Shown piece after piece: positions 58,113 through 64,000 of a stretch of DNA of 64,000 nt. A model generated the notes under the pieces. It searched no databases. It had not been told where the DNA came from and saw nothing but the letters and a program-made list of their open reading frames with translations. The first letter of the stretch is position 1. Every line of letters starts with the position of its first letter. The position numbers were made by a program, and so were the translations under genes. This stretch comes from an uncultured Rhodopirellula sp. (GTDB taxonomy: Bacteria; Planctomycetota; Planctomycetia; Pirellulales; Pirellulaceae), in contig CAXGAI010000023.1 in the NCBI GenBank assembly GCA_964007735.1, positions 1-64,000 of the forward strand, in the 5' to 3' direction.

Positions 58113-59523
58113 GTTTGCCCCCGCCGTATTTGGGATTACGTTTCGTAGGTAGAAATGCCCCGGTTTGGGTTAGCCAACCATCCAGCTTATCACTTAAACG
58201 CTGACCGATCTCCGGGTATTTTTTACGAACATTATTTACTTCCGACAGATCCGACTTAAGGTCGTACATTTCCTCACGACCAGACTCATAAAAACGAATT
58301 AACTTCCAATCTCCAATACGTATGGCACTTGCTGGTGTGGTTCTAAAAGGCCCCTCTTCCGGTAATCCGCGATATCTCTCCAAGTATGCTGGAAAATGCC
58401 AGAAGATAGGACGTGTTTCCAGCCTATGCTTCTTCTGTTGGAGTATCGGAACAAGCGATTCACCATCTAATATTTGCTTCTTATTAGGTTTACCTCCGGC
58501 TAAAGTCAGGATAGTTGGTAAAAGATCAACGCCAACGATCGGAGCACTCTCGACTCTAGCTGGCCCAAACTGCCCACTCCAATGCGCAACAAATGGAACC
58601 CTAATTCCACCCTCGTACAACATCCCCTTACTACCGCGGAGCGGCCTATTGCTTGTGACCCCCCCGTGTCCTCCGTTATCTGAAGTAAAGATGATGACCG
58701 TATTGTCATCGAGTCCCAAATCCCTCAAGACATTACGGACGCGGCCCAGCGAATCATCCATGCTCCTGACCATCGCTGCATAGCCAGCATTGCGATGCCC
58801 TCGATCGGGTTCTCGATTATCGAAATACGCCTTGTATTCCTGCTTAGGCTGAATTGGCGTGTGGACAGAGTAATGCGCGAGATAGAGGAAGAATGGCGTT
58901 TCTTGATTGTCTTCTATGAATTGAACTGCCTCTTCACTAATTCTATCTGTCAAATACACACCAGGTTTTGACTCCTCCAGGTTTGGAAACTTAAATGGGC
59001 TATGATAACCGCCGCCTGAAGGTGAGCCCCAAATTTTACCTGCGATATTGACATTCATACCCTGAGTCGTGGGGTCGTCTCCCAGATGCCACTTGCCGAA
59101 ATGGCCGGTTTGGTATCCGAGCTTTTTCAATTGCTCTGGTAATGTATCAATTTCATCATCCAACACTGTTTTATTTTCAACCGGGAAAAGCATCCGATCT
59201 TCACTTTTACCCCTAGCCGATGAGCCCACCGTGTAAATACCGTGGCGTGGAGTATACATGCCGCTCATAAGACACGCTCGACTGGGAGCACAATTCGGTG
59301 CGCAGGCATAGGCATTGTCAAAAACAACCCCTTCATTGGCTAGCCGATCAATGTTCGGACTTTCATAAAACGAACTTCCCGAGTAGCCAAGATCTGACCA
59401 ACCAAGGTCATCAACATAAAACAGCACGATATTTGGGTGGCTGGCTTTATCACCATAAACTGCCTCACAAAGGATGCAGGCTGTACATACAACCAGCGCC
59501 AGCGGACGAAACCATCTATTCAT
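58105..59523 (-). CDS. Sulfatase (Cys-type)
   Basis: PNIVLFYVDDLG, CAPSR, GKWHLG, SDNGG. Confidence 0.94.
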   Translation of the reverse strand: MNRWFRPLALVVCTACILCEAVYGDKASHPNIVLFYVDDLGWSDLGYSGSSFYESPNIDRLANEGVVFDNAYACAPNCAPSRACLMSGMYTPRHGIYTVGSSARGKSEDRMLFPVENKTVLDDEIDTLPEQLKKLGYQTGHFGKWHLGDDPTTQGMNVNIAGKIWGSPSGGGYHSPFKFPNLEESKPGVYLTDRISEEAVQFIEDNQETPFFLYLAHYSVHTPIQPKQEYKAYFDNREPDRGHRNAGYAAMVRSMDDSLGRVRNVLRDLGLDDNTVIIFTSDNGGHGGVTSNRPLRGSKGMLYEGGIRVPFVAHWSGQFGPARVESAPIVGVDLLPTILTLAGGKPNKKQILDGESLVPILQQKKHRLETRPIFWHFPAYLERYRGLPEEGPFRTTPASAIRIGDWKLIRFYESGREEMYDLKSDLSEVNNVRKKYPEIGQRLSDKLDGWLTQTGAFLPTKRNPKYGGGKRD

Positions 59524-61764
59524 TTAATTATCTTTCACTTTAAGCAACGCTTTAAGAACACGCCCGTTTGAGTTAAACCCTTTACGGTACGGACCAACGA
59601 TTCCATTTGTATCTTGGCCCACTTCCAGAGGATCTAAAGGCATTGCCAATAGGCTACTACCAAGGTCACCCAGCAGCACCACCTTGCCATCCGCTTTGAC
59701 ACTCACTTGTCCCGTTTTTGAGTAATCACATACGAGTTGTTTTTCGTTATTACCTACAGGTAGTGAGCTCGAGCTCTTGAGAACCAACAATTTACCGTCG
59801 ATTCTTACTGACACACGCGGGCTATTATCCTCCATAAATAGACTCCAACCATGTGCGGTACCCCCTTGCGCAATCACAACTCCATCTGTGAATTCTCCGG
59901 ACAGTTGCACCTCAACCTGAAAACCTTTGTTAACGATATTGGGAGCTTTAGCCTGCTCCAGCACATCTCCATGTCTAAGCTCGAACACCATTTTTCTACT
60001 GGATTTTGGGGGCCGATTCCGGTACGGTACCAGTGGATAAACATTGGCTCGTCTCGCATAAGCCTCAAACTTATCAACAAGTGTTTTTGCTATCTCCGGC
60101 TCTTGTTCTATCAAGTTGTTCTGTTCGGTACGATCATCGCCAATGTTGTACAACTCCCAACCTCCGGTCGCTCCTTTAGCCACTAACTTCCAGTCCCCCA
60201 TGCGGACGGCTCTATTACCCTCATGTTCCCAATACAACGCGTCGCGTTCAATTTCTTTTCCGCTAAAGGCGGGTTTCAACGACATCCCTTCAAGTGGTTT
60301 AATTACAAGCCCCTCTATTTTCGCTGGATAATCGGCCATGGCCAAATCAACGCAGGTTGCCGAGATGTCGATAAGGTGTCCCGGCTGGTGATCTAACCTT
60401 CCCTTTCTTTTTATTCCCTTGGGCCAATGTGCTATTAAAGGAGTAGAGATTCCTCCTTCATGGACCCAATGTTTATATTCCCTGAAGGGCGTATTAGAAA
60501 CGTTAGCCCAACCTCGCCCGTAGGCAATATACGTCCCGTCCGGACCTGGCATGACACCGGGACCCATGACCGTCGGAAATCCATCTCTCGTCTGATCCGG
60601 GATCATCTTAGTCTGCAGGTCCGTCGCTGCCATGGCTGGCAAAGTCGCCGTTTTCGGTCGCGATGTCAAACCACCTCGCGGACTACGACCAAGCCCCTCC
60701 GCACAACCACCGTTATCCTGGAGATAAAGTATGAGCGTATTGTCGAGTTGACCCGTGGACCTTAAAGCACTTACTATATTTCCAATTCCCTGATCCATAC
60801 TGTCGACCATTGCAGCATAGACTTCCATATTACGCAGTTCCCATTCACGATTTTCCACCTTAGACCAATCTTCTGCATCTCTGGATAATGCCCAGTCTTT
60901 ATCGATAAGGCCAAGCTTTCTCATTCGCTCGTATCGCTCTCGCCTTAGAATTTGGTAGCCACCATCAAATCGGCCCTCGTATTTCGCAATATCATTTGGC
61001 AAAGCGTGCATCGGCCAGTGAGCTGCTGTATAGGACACGTATAAAAAGAAAGGGGCCTCCGCAGACTCTTCCTGATGTTCCTCAATGTACCGAACAGCGT
61101 GGTCTGAAATAGCGTGGGTATAGTAGTATTGCTCCGGTTGATATTGCTCATCGGCAGCACATGAAATCGGGGTGTTTTGCCGGACGAGCGACCAGGGATC
61201 CCAAAAACTTCCGGCACCCGAAATTGTCCCGTAGAATTTTTCAAATCCTCGTTGGAGGGGCCAGTTATATTGTTCGCCAGTAGCACTTTCCTGCTTGGTG
61301 ACGTGCCACTTTCCAGTCATATACGTCCGATACCCGGCTGGCTTCAAGACTTCGGCAATTGTACGACAGTTACGATTTAAATCCCCACGGTAACCATCTT
61401 GTCCGTTATCTACCATCATCCAACCAACGCCCGCCTGATGGGGGTACAATCCAGTCAGCAATGAAGCTCTGGTCGGACAACATCGACCCGTGTTATAGAA
61501 TTGGGTGAACCGCAGTCCCCTCTGCGCCAAACCATTAAGATTTGGAGTGTCAATTTCTCCACCGTAACAACCAATATCTGAGTATCCCATATCATCCGAC
61601 ATGATGAGGACAATATTAGGTCGGCTTGCTTTAAGCTGGCTGCCAATTATTAATCCTGCCAATACAAGCGCCAACAATAGTTTCGTTCTATTCACGATTC
61701 TTCCGGTCTTTCTGTTCTGCATGTTCATCCGCACGATCTGTGTTAATACGCCTATGGACGCCAT
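59524..61764 (-). CDS. Arylsulfatase with extra C-terminal LamG/ConA-like domain
   Basis: SDDMG, CCPTR, GKWH, DNGG, WANVSNTPF; beta-rich tail (GVVIAQGG..GWSLF). True start probably downstream of 61764. Confidence 0.9.
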   Translation of the reverse strand: MASIGVLTQIVRMNMQNRKTGRIVNRTKLLLALVLAGLIIGSQLKASRPNIVLIMSDDMGYSDIGCYGGEIDTPNLNGLAQRGLRFTQFYNTGRCCPTRASLLTGLYPHQAGVGWMMVDNGQDGYRGDLNRNCRTIAEVLKPAGYRTYMTGKWHVTKQESATGEQYNWPLQRGFEKFYGTISGAGSFWDPWSLVRQNTPISCAADEQYQPEQYYYTHAISDHAVRYIEEHQEESAEAPFFLYVSYTAAHWPMHALPNDIAKYEGRFDGGYQILRRERYERMRKLGLIDKDWALSRDAEDWSKVENREWELRNMEVYAAMVDSMDQGIGNIVSALRSTGQLDNTLILYLQDNGGCAEGLGRSPRGGLTSRPKTATLPAMAATDLQTKMIPDQTRDGFPTVMGPGVMPGPDGTYIAYGRGWANVSNTPFREYKHWVHEGGISTPLIAHWPKGIKRKGRLDHQPGHLIDISATCVDLAMADYPAKIEGLVIKPLEGMSLKPAFSGKEIERDALYWEHEGNRAVRMGDWKLVAKGATGGWELYNIGDDRTEQNNLIEQEPEIAKTLVDKFEAYARRANVYPLVPYRNRPPKSSRKMVFELRHGDVLEQAKAPNIVNKGFQVEVQLSGEFTDGVVIAQGGTAHGWSLFMEDNSPRVSVRIDGKLLVLKSSSSLPVGNNEKQLVCDYSKTGQVSVKADGKVVLLGDLGSSLLAMPLDPLEVGQDTNGIVGPYRKGFNSNGRVLKALLKVKDN

Positions 61765-63209
61765 GGTTCCGGGCCTTCATCTCTGGCACGCAAAAATTGC
61801 GCGTCAACTTCCTGATACCAACGATGTAATGAGTGACGCATCGAGCTAACGAGTGTCGGATGTTCGTGTTTTATATCATTGCGTTCTCCTATATCACTTT
61901 CGAGATCGAACAGGTGAAGTGCTCCATCCTCAAACCTCTCCACTAACTTATAACGCCCGCGTCGAATCACTCCCCCAGGGAAACCGCCTTGATTACTGTA
62001 GTGAGGATAATGCCAAAATAAATCACGTTCTTTAATCGGCTTTTCATTTCGCAACAACCCGGAGAGACTCACACCATCAGTCATAACTCGTTTTCCGTTG
62101 CGAACGCCTGTTAGATCTAACAGGGTCTTATAAAAATCAACGCTGCATACCGCTGTATCGTCAACTCGCGGTCGAATTGACTTTGGATGACTGATAACGA
62201 ACGGTTCCCTAATACCACCCTCATAAAGCCAACCCTTTCCACCTCGCAGGGGTAGGTTGGAGGTAGGCGAACCCTCACTCGTGGACAGTCCACCGTTATC
62301 ACCCGTGAAACAAATAATAGTATCGTCTCGCAGCCCTAACTGTTCTAATTTAGAAATAATCTTTCCCACGCTATCATCCATCGTTTCAATCATCGCAGCA
62401 TATACCGCATGATCCTGAACCAGTCGCACGCGTCTGGCCTGTTTGACCGGCAGAATTTGCTCTTCCGGACCAAAGTCTTCACCTTGATCGAGCCCCAGTC
62501 GTTTTGCCTTAGCAATGTACTTCTGGACAAGTGGATCCGGTGCCTGCAGTGGGGTATGCACTGTATAAAACGACAAGTAAATAAAAAACGGGTCGTCTTT
62601 TACACGTTCAATGGTCTCCAATACTTCACTAGTCAATCTGGCGGTAAGGTGTTCTCCGTCAGGACCGTCTTCTAGTCGGGGATTTTTATACGGAGAAAAA
62701 TACCCCCCCGGTGGAGCGCCCCGACTAAATCCGCCAACGTTGAGATCAAAACCCTGATGCTCCGGCCAGTATTCTTCTGTTGGCCCCAGGTGCCACTTTC
62801 CAAAGAAGGCGGTAGTATATCCTGCGGCCTGAAAGCATTCAGCCACGGTTATTTCTTCGAGATCCATCCGATCGTAAAGAACCGCTGGACGAAATTTTCC
62901 GGGTCTCGCTCCCGAGAAGAAGTTTGTCGCGTTGGTCCGCGACGGATACTTCCCTGTCATAATACTGTACCGCGTTGGACTACAAACAGGGTTCGCCGCA
63001 TAACCGTTGGTAAACCTGACCCCGGAAGCGGCTAATGCATCCACATTCGGCGTTTCATAAAAGGTTGATGGGTTATTGGCGCCAATATCCATATAACCTA
63101 GATCATCAACCAGGATAAAGACGATATTGGGTTGCTTAGCCTGGAGTTGACACCCAAGCATGAGTCCTACGAAAAACACAACAATAAACGTGCAGTTCCA
63201 TTTCTTCAT
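61752..63209 (-). CDS. Sulfatase (Cys-type)
   Basis: PNIVFILVDDLG, CSPTR, GKWHLG, DNGG. Confidence 0.94.
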   Translation of the reverse strand: MKKWNCTFIVVFFVGLMLGCQLQAKQPNIVFILVDDLGYMDIGANNPSTFYETPNVDALAASGVRFTNGYAANPVCSPTRYSIMTGKYPSRTNATNFFSGARPGKFRPAVLYDRMDLEEITVAECFQAAGYTTAFFGKWHLGPTEEYWPEHQGFDLNVGGFSRGAPPGGYFSPYKNPRLEDGPDGEHLTARLTSEVLETIERVKDDPFFIYLSFYTVHTPLQAPDPLVQKYIAKAKRLGLDQGEDFGPEEQILPVKQARRVRLVQDHAVYAAMIETMDDSVGKIISKLEQLGLRDDTIICFTGDNGGLSTSEGSPTSNLPLRGGKGWLYEGGIREPFVISHPKSIRPRVDDTAVCSVDFYKTLLDLTGVRNGKRVMTDGVSLSGLLRNEKPIKERDLFWHYPHYSNQGGFPGGVIRRGRYKLVERFEDGALHLFDLESDIGERNDIKHEHPTLVSSMRHSLHRWYQEVDAQFLRARDEGPEPWRP

Positions 63210-63230
63210 TAGCTACTTTCCTGTTACTTA

Positions 63231-63647
63231 CTAGCTTTCAGACGGATAAGGATTGTCGACGGTCATCAGATCATCTGTTGGCAATGGCCGGGCGTTCCCC
63301 TGACGATCCCAAATCCTCGGCGTTGCCGTTGGAAAAATACCGAATAGATGGACCCGGGAATCTCCGGCAGGATATAAACCATGTAATTCTTCCTTCGCAA
63401 GAAGGATACTCGCCGGAGCCGACACTACAGCTTTGGAATCAGCCAATTCTAATACAACGGTACCCTCTATAATTACCAACACTTCTTCGGTGTCGTGATA
63501 GTGCAAGGGAATAAATCCTTCCGGTTCAATCCACTGTTCCCAAATCGTTGTTTTAGCCGCTTCGTTTACACCGCCGGAAAGGACGCGAGTCGATATCCGC
63601 GGAACATCAATAAACGGAAGCTCTTCCGATTCAAGAATCTTAACCAT
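63231..63647 (-). CDS. Cupin-domain protein
   Basis: PLHYHDTEEVLVIIEG...ELHGL motifs. ATG 63647 chosen. Confidence 0.85.
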   Translation of the reverse strand: MVKILESEELPFIDVPRISTRVLSGGVNEAAKTTIWEQWIEPEGFIPLHYHDTEEVLVIIEGTVVLELADSKAVVSAPASILLAKEELHGLYPAGDSRVHLFGIFPTATPRIWDRQGNARPLPTDDLMTVDNPYPSES

Positions 63648-63814
63648 GGAACAAATAACAACAAGCAGTAGGAACAAAACTTTCGCATCTCATCCTTCGA
63701 AGTATGATTGAGATAACGACGAATCGAAATGCAGTGATCATAATTTTTTTATTATAATCAACAAACAGAAGCGACTGGCTTGTCTGACTAACGCCTTTTC
63801 TTAGGAACCACGAC

Positions 63815-64000
63815 GTGTCGAATCCACCACAGAAAATACTAATAGCCGTAATATTCTCCCTATTGATGACCGGCGTTTCTCCGAAAGCATTTGCTGCCGA
63901 GAAAAACATTATCTTCTTTATTACGGACGACGAGAGTCCAACCCTCGGATGTTACGGCGATGCAGTCGCCGTCACACCTGCTATCGATGCATTGGCTGCC
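63815..64000 (+). CDS. 5' part of a secreted sulfatase (truncated by the window edge, absent from the ORF track)
   Basis: AGGA RBS then GTG; signal peptide ending AFA; KNIIFFITDDESPTLGCYGD...TPAIDALAA. Confidence 0.85.
   Translation, partial: MSNPPQKILIAVIFSLLMTGVSPKAFAAEKNIIFFITDDESPTLGCYGDAVAVTPAIDALAA

Noticed and set aside
61784..61800. TGGCACG...TTGC sigma54-like motif
   Set aside because: GG-to-GC spacing is 12 rather than 10, and it lies antisense inside a sulfatase CDS.
63640..63909. 89-aa minus-strand ORF
   Set aside because: Antisense to the start of the + strand sulfatase at 63815.
1..64000. rRNA, tRNA, tmRNA, CRISPR arrays, IS elements, prophage genes
   Set aside because: No signatures found by eye; intergenic gaps are short and I saw no regular repeat-spacer pattern.

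Overview
This 64 kb window is ordinary chromosomal DNA with a gene content typical of a planctomycete, probably a marine Pirellulales member (inferred from DUF1501 genes, a PVC-type heme-binding protein, DUF1080, seven sulfatase genes and membrane Ser/Thr kinases). I found no rRNA, tRNA, CRISPR array, transposase or prophage. The left third holds a csp gene, a thioesterase, an HD dNTPase, degenerate murE/murF-like genes, an HtrA protease and thiL-tsaE-addB-addA. The rest is mostly secreted hydrolases and signalling genes. Best leads: (1) a translationally coupled pair of paralogous membrane receptor kinases, the second a clear pseudokinase (38984-47447); (2) an A9 / A_AAA_AAG slippery site where a -1 shift would fuse a secreted DUF1080 domain to a c-type heme protein lacking its own signal peptide (51820-51832), which could also be a homopolymer sequencing error; (3) a MurE-like protein missing its catalytic motifs, followed by a lone MurF-like N-domain; (4) a sigma54-type promoter, candidate enhancer and structured leader upstream of a 65-aa protein; (5) a 1458-aa secreted protein combining two CxxCH motifs, QW-like motifs and HEAT-like repeats. 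All family calls come from motif recognition by eye, not database searches.
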